Source: Octopus bimaculoides
Taxonomy: Eukaryota
Direction of reading: 5' to 3'
Assembly: GCF_001194135.2 (NCBI RefSeq)
Contig: NC_068981.1
Location: 11,917,823-11,951,100, forward strand
Length of the DNA stretch: 33,278 nucleotides
Position numbers and translations under genes: made by a program. Below, piece by piece: positions 22,497-32,138 of the stretch (position 1 is the first letter of the stretch; each line of letters begins with the position of its first letter). The notes beneath the pieces are model-generated. The model was not told the origin of the DNA, did no database searches, and saw nothing but the letters and a program-made list of their open reading frames with translations.

Positions 22497-23250
22497 TTTC
22501 CTTTTTCTTTTCTTTTACTAATTTCAGCTCGAGAGCTGTGGTCATGCTGAGGCACAACCGTAGCTTTACTACTCTTTTGATAAACCTCCTTGATACGTGA
22601 CATTTGGTGAATGAGTGATTTTTATGTGGCTGCCTTCATCTGTGTTTCTTGTCGCGAGCTTCACCTGGAACTCTTCATAGGAGAAAATTGTATCTTGTTT
22701 TGAAGAAACCGACATCCAATCCATTAAGAATTTTCTGGCTTCCTGGGAGGATATTTAAGAGCAGTGGGCTCTTGAAACCCAAAGTGTTGCACTATCAGAT
22801 CCTGCATCCTGGAGGAATTGTTGGGTTTTTTGGTTCTATGCTGTGGCGCCACCTTCTGTTGTTTGTGTAACTTACAATACCAAAGTTAGGTTCAAGTTCT
22901 AGGAATTTCTACATGTATACCACTGAATACCATTCCTGCATTCATTATGGGGAGTAGAATCATGACTTTTATCACTCTCTCTCCGTAGCTGATATGTCCC
23001 ATTGAGACGATCATTTCGTATACCGAAGCTGGATGGCTTCGAGTTCAGTCCTTAATTTTACACTCTGTTGTGACCATAGTTGGGAGCAGTAATCTAAGCG
23101 GTTGAGAAGAATTGACATCCAGAGGAACATTACAGTTTACTGTTATCTAGTTCTGAAAATTCTAAGGACCCATCAGGCCAACTATCCTCGTGTTGTTGCC
23201 AATTTAGTAATATGCCCCTGGGAATATAAATCATTACACATGTCATGTTG
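22497..23250 (-). mobile_element. CR1/L2-group LINE 3' fragment, third copy
   Basis: Manual translation: MCNDL...WVLRIFRTR...LLNRLDYCSQLW...ELEAIQ...EPNFGIVSYTNNRRWRH...LLNILP...LDVGFFKTR, collinear with the 24-795 copy. The tail lies at 22497-22567. Confidence 0.85.
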
Positions 23251-23329
23251 ATACACACACATATATATAGAGGCAAATCAAAAATACCTCTCCACGCAAA
23301 AGACAGCAAAAGTCAGAAAGATGTACACA

Positions 23330-23468
23330 GTGAATGCTTACGAACCACATGGTTCCGAGTTCAGTCCTACTGCGTGGCACCTTGGGCAAGTGTCTTCTCC
23401 TATAGCCTCGGGTCGACCAAAGCGTTGTGAGCGGATTCGGTAGACGGAAACTGAAAGAAACCCGTCGT
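23330..23468 (+). mobile_element. SINE family A, 5' half
   Basis: ccacatggttccgagttcagtcctactgcgtggcaccttgggcaagtgtcttc...gacggaaactgaaagaaacccgtcg matches 21940-22055. Confidence 0.85.
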
Positions 23469-23490
23469 ATATATGTATATATATATATAT

Positions 23491-23640
23491 ATATGGGAGA
23501 ATATACAAATAATAACAACAGACGAGGACAGGTGGTGTAAATAACAAAAGTATATATTAGTATGACGCTCGGGAATACGGAAAGTCTTTGACGTTTCGAG
23601 CTACGCTCTTCAACAGAAAGAATACGGCGACAAGGAGAAA
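23491..23640 (-). mobile_element. Penelope-like pseudo-LTR, copy 1 (cut off by the gap)
   Basis: 149/150 identical to 31142-31291. It contains a minimal hammerhead, starts at a (TA)n tract, and lies in tandem with the copy at 24244. Confidence 0.65.
23585..23621 (-). ncRNA. Minimal type-I hammerhead ribozyme motif with variant core
   Basis: Minus strand: UCUUU CUGUUGA A GAGC-GUA-GCUC GAAA C GUC AAAGA. This gives stem I (UCUUU/AAAGA), stem II (GAGC/GCUC), a palindromic ACGU stem III and a GUC cleavage triplet. Confidence 0.65.
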
Positions 23641-24243
23641 NNNNNNNNNNNNNNNNNNNNNNNNNNNNNNNNNNNNNNNNNNNNNNNNNNNNNNNNNNNN
23701 NNNNNNNNNNNNNNNNNNNNNNNNNNNNNNNNNNNNNNNNNNNNNNNNNNNNNNNNNNNNNNNNNNNNNNNNNNNNNNNNNNNNNNNNNNNNNNNNNNNN
23801 NNNNNNNNNNNNNNNNNNNNNNNNNNNNNNNNNNNNNNNNNNNNNNNNNNNNNNNNNNNNNNNNNNNNNNNNNNNNNNNNNNNNNNNNNNNNNNNNNNNN
23901 NNNNNNNNNNNNNNNNNNNNNNNNNNNNNNNNNNNNNNNNNNNNNNNNNNNNNNNNNNNNNNNNNNNNNNNNNNNNNNNNNNNNNNNNNNNNNNNNNNNN
24001 NNNNNNNNNNNNNNNNNNNNNNNNNNNNNNNNNNNNNNNNNNNNNNNNNNNNNNNNNNNNNNNNNNNNNNNNNNNNNNNNNNNNNNNNNNNNNNNNNNNN
24101 NNNNNNNNNNNNNNNNNNNNNNNNNNNNNNNNNNNNNNNNNNNNNNNNNNNNNNNNNNNNNNNNNNNNNNNNNNNNNNNNNNNNNNNNNNNNNNNNNNNN
24201 NNNNNNNNNNNNNNNNNNNNNNNNNNNNNNNNNNNNNNNNNNN
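23641..24243. other. Assembly gap (N run)
   Basis: N characters. Confidence 1.
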
Positions 24244-24450
24244 ATGGGAGAATTTACGAAATAAACAACAACAGATGAGGACAGGTGGTGTAAACAACCA
24301 AAGGATGTATTAGTTTAACGCTCGGGAATAGAGAAAGTCTTTAACGTTTCAAGCCACGCTCTTCAACAGAAAGAATACGGAGAAAACAAGGAGAAAAACA
24401 CGGAGAAAAAAATTGAATGTTTTGGTGAGCGATCTCTCATGGCGATCTAT
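24244..24450 (-). mobile_element. Penelope-like pseudo-LTR, copy 2 (diverged)
   Basis: Collinear with 23491-23640 and 31142-31320 but carries multiple substitutions; retains the hammerhead. Confidence 0.65.
24338..24374 (-). ncRNA. Minimal type-I hammerhead ribozyme motif with variant core
   Basis: Minus strand: UCUUU CUGUUGA A GAGC-GUG-GCUU GAAA C GUU AAAGA. Stem II is kept through a G-U pair and the triplet is GUU. Confidence 0.6.
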
Positions 24451-24627
24451 ATATATATATATATGTGTGAGTGTATGTGTATGTATGTATACATACACGC
24501 GTATCTACACACAGACACACACACACACACACACAAATATACGCTTATATGTTTGTGTGTGTGTGTTTGGGGTTATTAGCAAGCGATTATGATGTGTAAA
24601 CATTCTCTGGCCAATTATTCTTGGTGC

Positions 24628-24830
24628 CTATATAATGGTGAGCGGGCGTGAACATATTTCAGTTCCCTCAAACCTCAGTCTCACGTGACGGCCATGGAAA
24701 GGGAGCTTTACCAAATACGGTCTTGTACACTTTTCAGCTAAATACACCGATCCAATGTTAAATAAACTGTTGTGAACTAGAATACAGCGCTCAACCTTTC
24801 TAACCGATAGTCTATGCGGCTTCACACAGA
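24628..24830 (-). mobile_element. Possible decayed Penelope-like ORF fragment (region between RT and GIY-YIG)
   Basis: ORF 24628-24825 contains AEKCTRPYLVKLPFHG, which resembles the KCP(V)YLKLP(W/Y)IG segment I recall from Penelope-like elements. It is on the same strand as, and upstream of, the pLTRs. Confidence 0.4.
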
Positions 24831-25139
24831 GGGTCTCTTCGCATCACACGCACACACGCACACACGCACACACTCATGCACACCTTCAGAAAAAACACAC
24901 ACATACAAACATGTTTCTATATGGTGTGAAATATAGATTATCTACAACTAAGAGTTGCTTTATCGAATTCTGTATTCACAAGTATGTAAACATACCCTTC
25001 TTCAATCAACGTTTACTCATTTTAATGTATCATTTTCTTTTCTTGTGCCTGTGATGTCATAAGCCGATTACTAGGTTTTCATGTTGTATAAGTGAGCGAA
25101 ATCACAAAATTCCCCTGATTGAGATGCCGGTCCGTTGTA

Positions 25140-25265
25140 GCGCTCAAAGGCAGTAATTTTGCGGGAAGGGAACAAGTTGATTATATCGATACCAGAACAT
25201 CGCTGGTATTTCACCTACTTGGAAGGGATGAAGGGTAAAGTTTACCTCGAGAAGATTTGAACACC
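25140..25265 (-). mobile_element. Degenerate family C SINE fragment
   Basis: aaggcagtaattttgcgggaaggg...gttgattatatcga...ggatgaagggtaaagtttacctcg...gatttgaac resembles 19450-19550. Confidence 0.55.
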
Positions 25266-25304
25266 GTACATAAAATGCTACAATAAATAATTATTCACAC
25301 TTCG

Positions 25305-25495
25305 ACAAAAGGCCACCTAATTGGGAGAAGTCATGTCGATTACATCGGCCCCATTGTTCAAAATGTACTTATTTTATCGACTTCGAAAAGACGAATGGTG
25401 AAGTCGACCGTAGCCGAATTTGAACTCAGAACGTAAAAACGGACTAAACGCCGTGAAGCATTTAGACCGGCATGTCAATTATTCTGCCACTTACT
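25305..25495 (-). mobile_element. Family C SINE, diverged
   Basis: gtcgattacatcggcccc...tacttattttatcgac...aagtcgacc...gaatttgaactcagaacgta...aagcattt is collinear with 19455-19614. Confidence 0.75.
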
Positions 25496-26230
25496 CGTTT
25501 TGAAGCTGCAATAAATAACCCTTATTATTTTGTTCACCGTGCTAAAGCTTCCACCAGCTCGATGCCTTCTTGAGTATCAATGCAAAATAATTTGTTCTTT
25601 GGTCGCCGATACAGAAGTTTATCAGCGCTATTGTACAATGGTATTGTATTAGTGAACTTGTAATAAAGATTTTACATTACATTCTAATAGATTTTCTACT
25701 TCAATTATTTAAAAAATGTACTGGTGCGTATTTTACTGGCATCAGCTTCAGTTGTTCACTCAATCAGTTGGCCATTATTTATTAGGATCTCATCTTCGTT
25801 TGAGTGTCTATGAACGTGTCGCTGATAATTGTGGTACGCAATTACAAAGTTTTGACGAACGAACTTCTCATTATTTTTGCTGCATTTCTTAACGAAGACG
25901 TCGAAGAATTATGTAGTCTGAAGTTCTGATTGCTCTGTTTTTTTCTTGTTGTTTTTCGACAGTTAGATATTTACGTAATCATGACTATCATATAAATAAC
26001 TACTTCAACTTTTTTTCTGCAAAACAATGTTGTAGTAATCAGTATGTACGGCACATTTTCTCTCATATATTTACCGGAACAAAAAAAATGTGCGGGATTA
26101 ACTTGCTTAACAGTGGAAGTTATTCCTGAATGTCTTCCCTTTCTTTTTATTTTATTACATACAAATTTATGAAAATTATCCAGTGAATATATTTTATCCC
26201 ATTTGTATTTGATTTTTAATAAAATACCCC

Positions 26231-26340
26231 NNNNNNNNNNNNNNNNNNNNNNNNNNNNNNNNNNNNNNNNNNNNNNNNNNNNNNNNNNNNNNNNNNNNNN
26301 NNNNNNNNNNNNNNNNNNNNNNNNNNNNNNNNNNNNNNNN
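26231..26340. other. Assembly gap (N run)
   Basis: N characters. Confidence 1.
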
Positions 26341-26371
<31 letters not shown>

Positions 26372-26574
26372 ATATCCGACTCATGATCTATAAATCAAAA
26401 TGGATTCTGATTGCAATATAGGATTTAAAGCAATCCTTTTACAAGAAGCATAATTATGAATTGAAAAAAATTATGACAGGTAGGGCCCGTAATGAAATTT
26501 AGAACATACTTTTCCATTACATTATAACATATATCCCCTTAAAATGAATAATATTAAACCTGTATAAAAACAAT

Positions 26575-26739
26575 ATATCAAGATACACACGCATATACAC
26601 ACATATATACATACATACACACACACTGACATACAAAGATACGCATATATATATATGCATACATAAAATAAATTCATATCTATAGTATATCTATATGCCT
26701 TTGTACACACATACAGATATACATACACATAAACACACG

Positions 26740-26786
<47 letters not shown>

Positions 26787-26960
26787 ATATAAACATAATA
26801 AATGGCAGCATGTAATATTCTTAAAAGCTATATCGGCAAATAAATTTTGACAGCAACAGGAAAAATATTAAAGCACAGACTAAAAAAAATTATATATATA
26901 TATATATATATATTGATGTGTGTGTGTGCATATATATGCATGTATATATGTAAGTATGTA
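26575..26960. repeat. Compound (CA)/(TA)/(CATA) microsatellite region
   Basis: Directly visible. Confidence 0.85.
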
Positions 26961-27339
26961 TATATTTCCATTATTAAAAATGCTATGTTACAAGTTATGA
27001 CAACAAGAAATTCTGTTTAAGTTAAATGAAAAAAAATATATAAATATTAATACATTTCTAAACATAGAATTATTCGTTTTGAAAATATCAATTTTCCTAT
27101 TCTTTTATATAATGTGGAAATGAAGTTATCGAGCAAATTTATATTAAAAGATTCGCAATGCAATTTTGAAAACAGTATGTGTTTACGTAAAAAAAAAAAT
27201 ACACACTATATTATATTTTCGATGGTACTCTATGGTAGAATTTCACCAGGTTCTAGATAGAGAAACATTGATTAATGACGGAGAGAAACATGAAAAGAGT
27301 AATTTCTTTTAAACTAATGAAAACATTTATTAATAATAT

Positions 27340-27425
27340 TAGTTCACATGTAAACTCACACACAATGATCTCTGTTCGCATTTACATATGCATATATACA
27401 TGCATACATATATATGAAGATGTAA

Positions 27426-27456
<31 letters not shown>

Positions 27457-27535
27457 TGAATATATACATATGAACATACATACATGCATAAACACATGCA
27501 TAAACACATGCATACATACATGCACAAAACACATT
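27340..27535. repeat. Compound (CA)/(CATA)/(CATG) microsatellite region
   Basis: Directly visible. Confidence 0.85.
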
Positions 27536-27759
27536 TATATTTCTTCTTTCTATTACATGCTACAGACTGTTTACTGCAGCAATTCTAGGATTTTGTCTCG
27601 CATGGTTTCCTCTAACATATCTACTCCAATTATTTGATCTGATTTTTATTTAACGTTTATTCTGTTTCACGATCGTCTAAGCTGTACCACACAAAGAAAA
27701 CCATCTTTTGTAAAATTGCTTACGTAAATCCACCCATCGACACATAAAAACCATACACT

Positions 27760-27990
27760 TGTAAATGTATATATAGAACAAAGATATTACTACTTCGAAA
27801 CCTTGAGCTTCTATATCCGGATTACAAATTTACATTTATACGAATAATAATTGGTGCACTTGTGTTTCTTAGTAAATGCCTAACTGTCAGTATGGATAAG
27901 CTTGGATTTTCAGAAAAAGAAATCAACCGACCTGTGCATTACAAATACAATCTGTAAGTAAAACTTTGCAACATTTTTATCAGGTTTAAA
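27760..27990 (+). mobile_element. 3' end of a further RLE-type LINE (distinct lineage), decayed
   Basis: Frame from 27790: LLRNLELLYPDYKFTFIRIIIGALVFLSKCLTVSMDKLGFSEKE, then LQIQS after a frameshift. This fits the (P)IIIGALG C-terminal motif of RLE LINEs. Confidence 0.55.
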
Positions 27991-28659
27991 ATGCGACATT
28001 GTTTCCATTATCTACATCAAATCCATTGAACTTCGTTAGAATCCAGCTCCTTCTTCAAAGGAAGAATTCAAATAATTAAAAGCAGAAAAGAACTGACATA
28101 CATACCGTTACGTCTCAAACTTCTGCTATCTAACACCTTCGGATGATCTCTATTCAACTGCTACTCAATAGTTACTCAACGGCTCTACCAACTCCTTACC
28201 ACGGTCAGACTACCCCTATCTATATGTCTTGGGAGGTTCAACTTCTTCGATTGGGGGCGTAGACACAACACATACATATATACATTCATACATACATAAA
28301 ACTATGATATTAAATTCCGTATTGATCTCTTTAAAATATAAGCAATTCCTTATGACAACCGTTGAGAATCAGAATTGTATACTCTAGCATATGTTGCTAA
28401 AATCTTGAATAGAATCATTTGGTTGTTTATTGTTTACATGAGAATAACTAAACTATTAATTGTAGCTTCCCTTAGACTCGGGTGTATCTAATTATGTCAC
28501 ATTTCGACGCATAAACTTTAGCGGTCGACGACAAGGTGTAGCTACGAAATACTAACTGAAGAAAAACAGCAGTAAAGTGTTTAAACTGCAACCAGCAACA
28601 AGATGGGGTAGTTGTTCCATAGTTCATTGAGAATCTTTAAAGACGCATTGCAAGTTGTC

Positions 28660-28850
28660 CAAAATACAATCAAGGCATTGTGGCATAATAGGGTTGCAAA
28701 ATCCATACGTTGCCATACAAAACAAAGACTGTCCCGGAATTCATATATGCATTAACGACGGGAATGCATTTTCCTTTTTTGGTAACACATTGCATTCGGC
28801 TATCTTCGCCAAATCATATGACAGTATAATCGTCCTAAAAGTTGGATTTT
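28660..28850 (-). mobile_element. Possible decayed CRE-clade LINE fragment
   Basis: Broken frames DLAKIAECNVLPKKENAF (to 28762), EFRDSLC (28742-28722) and YGFCNPIMPQCLDC resemble the WLNVLP.KE.GF.L.K.EFRDAL.LRYG motif I recall from CRE-like elements. Confidence 0.4.
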
Positions 28851-28970
28851 CTGCACCAGCAGTATTCCGGCCTTTGCTTGGATTCCGACAGTGTTAATGG
28901 CCTAGTAATCGGGTTGAAGGCTTCTCTGGAAATACCCCAACTGACTTTAGCTGTACATATGTTTATATAT

Positions 28971-29378
28971 NNNNNNNNNNNNNNNNNNNNNNNNNNNNNN
29001 NNNNNNNNNNNNNNNNNNNNNNNNNNNNNNNNNNNNNNNNNNNNNNNNNNNNNNNNNNNNNNNNNNNNNNNNNNNNNNNNNNNNNNNNNNNNNNNNNNNN
29101 NNNNNNNNNNNNNNNNNNNNNNNNNNNNNNNNNNNNNNNNNNNNNNNNNNNNNNNNNNNNNNNNNNNNNNNNNNNNNNNNNNNNNNNNNNNNNNNNNNNN
29201 NNNNNNNNNNNNNNNNNNNNNNNNNNNNNNNNNNNNNNNNNNNNNNNNNNNNNNNNNNNNNNNNNNNNNNNNNNNNNNNNNNNNNNNNNNNNNNNNNNNN
29301 NNNNNNNNNNNNNNNNNNNNNNNNNNNNNNNNNNNNNNNNNNNNNNNNNNNNNNNNNNNNNNNNNNNNNNNNNNNNNN
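28971..29378. other. Assembly gap (N run)
   Basis: N characters. Confidence 1.
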
Positions 29379-29796
29379 ATATATATTACCGTATCTGGGG
29401 AGAGTCATTCATTTTTAATACCTTATTAATTAACACAACACTGGTTCGATTTCCACTCATTTACTTACGTATTTATTCTACATATCCATGTTTCTACGGG
29501 TGTATGTATTTGTGTGTGCACGAAATGTGCGCGTGTATATATATTGTCCTGTGTTTCAGTCTACTTTTGTGTATGTATATGTGTGTATGTGCTTGTTTGC
29601 TCGTATTACCTATGTACTATCTACCTACTTATCCATGTAGTATCTATCTGCATGTCTATGTGTCTACTTACATAACAATTTAGCTAATTATATATATTTA
29701 TATTTACGTCTATATAAGAGCGTCCTAACAAATCTACCAGGACTATGTATAAATTGTGAGTATTGCGGTATCGCTATATCCTAAGTTTATCTGCTA

Positions 29797-30342
29797 TCAG
29801 GTCATCCCATAAGGTCTGTCCGAATTTTGAATAAAGAAAACAAGTGATCAAATGTTATATTTAATTGAAATTTAATCATCAATGTACTTTCCCTGATTAT
29901 CTATGACTTCCCTCTATCTATTTACAAGCTTTTTAATCCCATCATTGTAAAGCTCTTTTGGTTTCAAAGCGAAGAACCCTGAAATGTCACTTTCGACCTC
30001 CTCGTGGTTTGTGAAATTTATNNNNNNNNNNGAAACAAACGGTTGTCTGAAGGATCAAGGTCGGGAGAATAAGATAGATGAGGAATTTTTCCCAACCCAG
30101 CACTTCGATCTTCTCTGATGTGATATTTGCAGTGTGGGGTCGCACATTGTCCTGATAAAATATAACTCCTATTCGAGTCATTGAAGCGAGACATTTTTAC
30201 TTCAAAGCTTGGCTCAAGCGCTCTAATTGCTGACAGTAGACTTGAGCATTGATTGTTGTATTAGGTTGTAACAATTCAAAGTGAATTACTCCTTTGCAAT
30301 CCCACCAGATAGAGAGAAGAACCTTTTTCCCATGAAGTTCCC
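29797..30342 (-). mobile_element. Mariner (Tc1/mariner) transposon, 3' part with one TIR; decayed transposase
   Basis: Translation: LHGKKVLLSIWWDCKGVIHFELL...YCQQLERL...GVIFYQDNVRPHTA...LGWE...YSPDLDPSD, which carries the mariner HDNARPH and YSPDLAPSD motifs. A TA at 29795-29796 is followed by the TIR TCAGGTCATCCCATAAG. A 10-N gap lies at 30022-30031. Confidence 0.9.
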
Positions 30343-30391
30343 TTCTCAGTTGTGGTTGAGCTTTTCCCTTTTACCAAACCCCTGTTTACGA

Positions 30392-30780
30392 CTCTTTTAC
30401 TTGTTTCAGTCATTTGACTGCGGCCATGCTGGAGCACTACCATTAGTCGACCAAATCGACACCAGGACTTATTCTTTGTAGGCTTAGTACTTATTCTATC
30501 GATTATTTTGCCGAACCTCTAGGTTACAGTGATGTAAACACACCAGCATCAGTTGTCAAGCGATGTTGGTGGGGGGACAAGCACAGACACACAAACACAC
30601 ATACATATATATATAGATATATACGATGGGCTTCTTTCAGCTTCCGTCTACCAAATCCACTCACAAGGCTTTGGTCGGTCCGAGGCTATAGTAGAAGACA
30701 CTTGCTGGAAGTGCCACGCAGTGGGACTGAACCTGGAACCATGTCGTTGGTAAGCATGTTACTTACCACACAGCCACTCC
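30392..30780 (-). mobile_element. tRNA-derived SINE family A, full length
   Basis: Reverse complement of the 21902-22277 copy along its whole length. Confidence 0.9.
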
Positions 30781-30924
30781 TTTCGATAGAAGATCCATTT
30801 TTCAGCACCAGTCACAAGTCTATCCAAAAAGGGTGAAATGAGTTCGCGAGAATGGAGAGAAGAGCAGATGTCAACTCGGGACTTGCGGTTGCTTTCGGAC
30901 AATTCATGAGGCACACATTTCCCA

Positions 30925-31000
30925 CTATTGTTGTCATTAACATTAACATTGTTATTGCTATTGTTGTCATTAACATTAACATTGTTATTGCTATTGTTGT
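30925..31000. repeat. Perfect 33-bp tandem duplication (about 2.3 units)
   Basis: ctattgttgtcattaacattaacattgttattg at 30925-30957 and 30958-30990, plus a partial unit to 31000. Confidence 0.95.
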
Positions 31001-31141
31001 TGTTGTTTCGGTTACGTATGTTCGAGTTGTTTATCTTGTATTATCCCAACCTCCGTCTTAATTTTAAGAATGCTTTTTCAATGTCAGATACGAAATTATT
31101 TTTTCTTACCTTGTCAGGTAAACGTTATATATGTGGAATAT

Positions 31142-31330
31142 ATATGGGAGAATATACAAATAATAACAACAGACGAGGACAGGTGGTGTAAATAACAAAA
31201 GTATATATTAGTATGACGCTCGGGAATACGGAAAGTCTTTGACGTTTCGAGCTACGCTCTTCAACAGAAAGAATACGGAGACAAGGAGAAAAACACGGAG
31301 AAAAAAAATTGAATAGTGTTCAGTCAACGG
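31142..31330 (-). mobile_element. Penelope-like pseudo-LTR, copy 3
   Basis: Near-identical to 23491-23640 and continues with sequence shared with 24375-24415. Confidence 0.65.
31236..31272 (-). ncRNA. Minimal type-I hammerhead ribozyme motif with variant core
   Basis: Identical to 23585-23621. Confidence 0.65.
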
Positions 31331-31828
31331 TCAATCATAATAATGGTGCAATAGTCAGATGAAACGTCTGCTTGTCATGAAGCTCAACAACTTTAGAAGA
31401 ATTTAATAATTCTTCTAAAGCCAGTGTAATCAAAATATATCAATACATGGATCCATTTCGCTCTTTCTCTATGTTCATCAGAAATTCAATATAATTTTAT
31501 AGCACTTAGCAATGTTATTAAACCCGTGACAATCTCGTAACCAGCTAAAATTCCTTTTACGTATAGAATTCGTTAACAAAGAGTAAAATGTGCAGAATGT
31601 TTCTAGAGAACAAAATGCCATATTTATATGGCATTTTAACCAACTTCCAACGATGATGTTTCTGTGAGAAACCAGCTGTAATCTTCTAAAAATATTTCAT
31701 ACAATTTAAAAGAAAATAAAGTACTCACGCTTCCACGCGCGGAAATACAGACACACCCACATATATAACATATTTTATGATGATCCTATTAACCAACAAT
31801 GTTATATGATTTCCTGCTCAACTTACAG

Positions 31829-32138
31829 GTGGTCACCCTACACACAGTGTGCTGAATGCGTACCGTTCAGACTAGACTTCTGCATCATGCACAGTGGCCT
31901 TCACATTACAGTGACACTTAACCGGGGAAGTTGTTTTAACTCAACAAGAATAACTGGCTTCACTGCTACGCGAGATCTTGCTGGAGAAGATGAACTTCGT
32001 GTTGGATCTGCAAGTGAAGGAAACTTGAAGTGTATGCTTGTTGAAAAAACTGCTAATCGGAAGTGCGTAACATCTAACATAAGAAATACCTTGTCTATGC
32101 TGGTCTTTACATTAAGAGAATAGTGCGATACAAACCAG
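31829..32138 (+). other. Candidate exon of unknown host gene (unverified)
   Basis: Non-repetitive, higher-GC segment. Acceptor-like ttcctgctcaacttacag ends at 31828, a frame is open to TAG at 32121-32123, and a donor-like CAG|GTATAA lies at 32138/32139. No protein family recognised. Confidence 0.22.

Noticed and set aside
27914-27953. 40-nt exon with ttttcag acceptor and GTAAGT donor
   Set aside because: It lies inside a stretch that translates as an RLE LINE C-terminus, so the splice signals are probably incidental.
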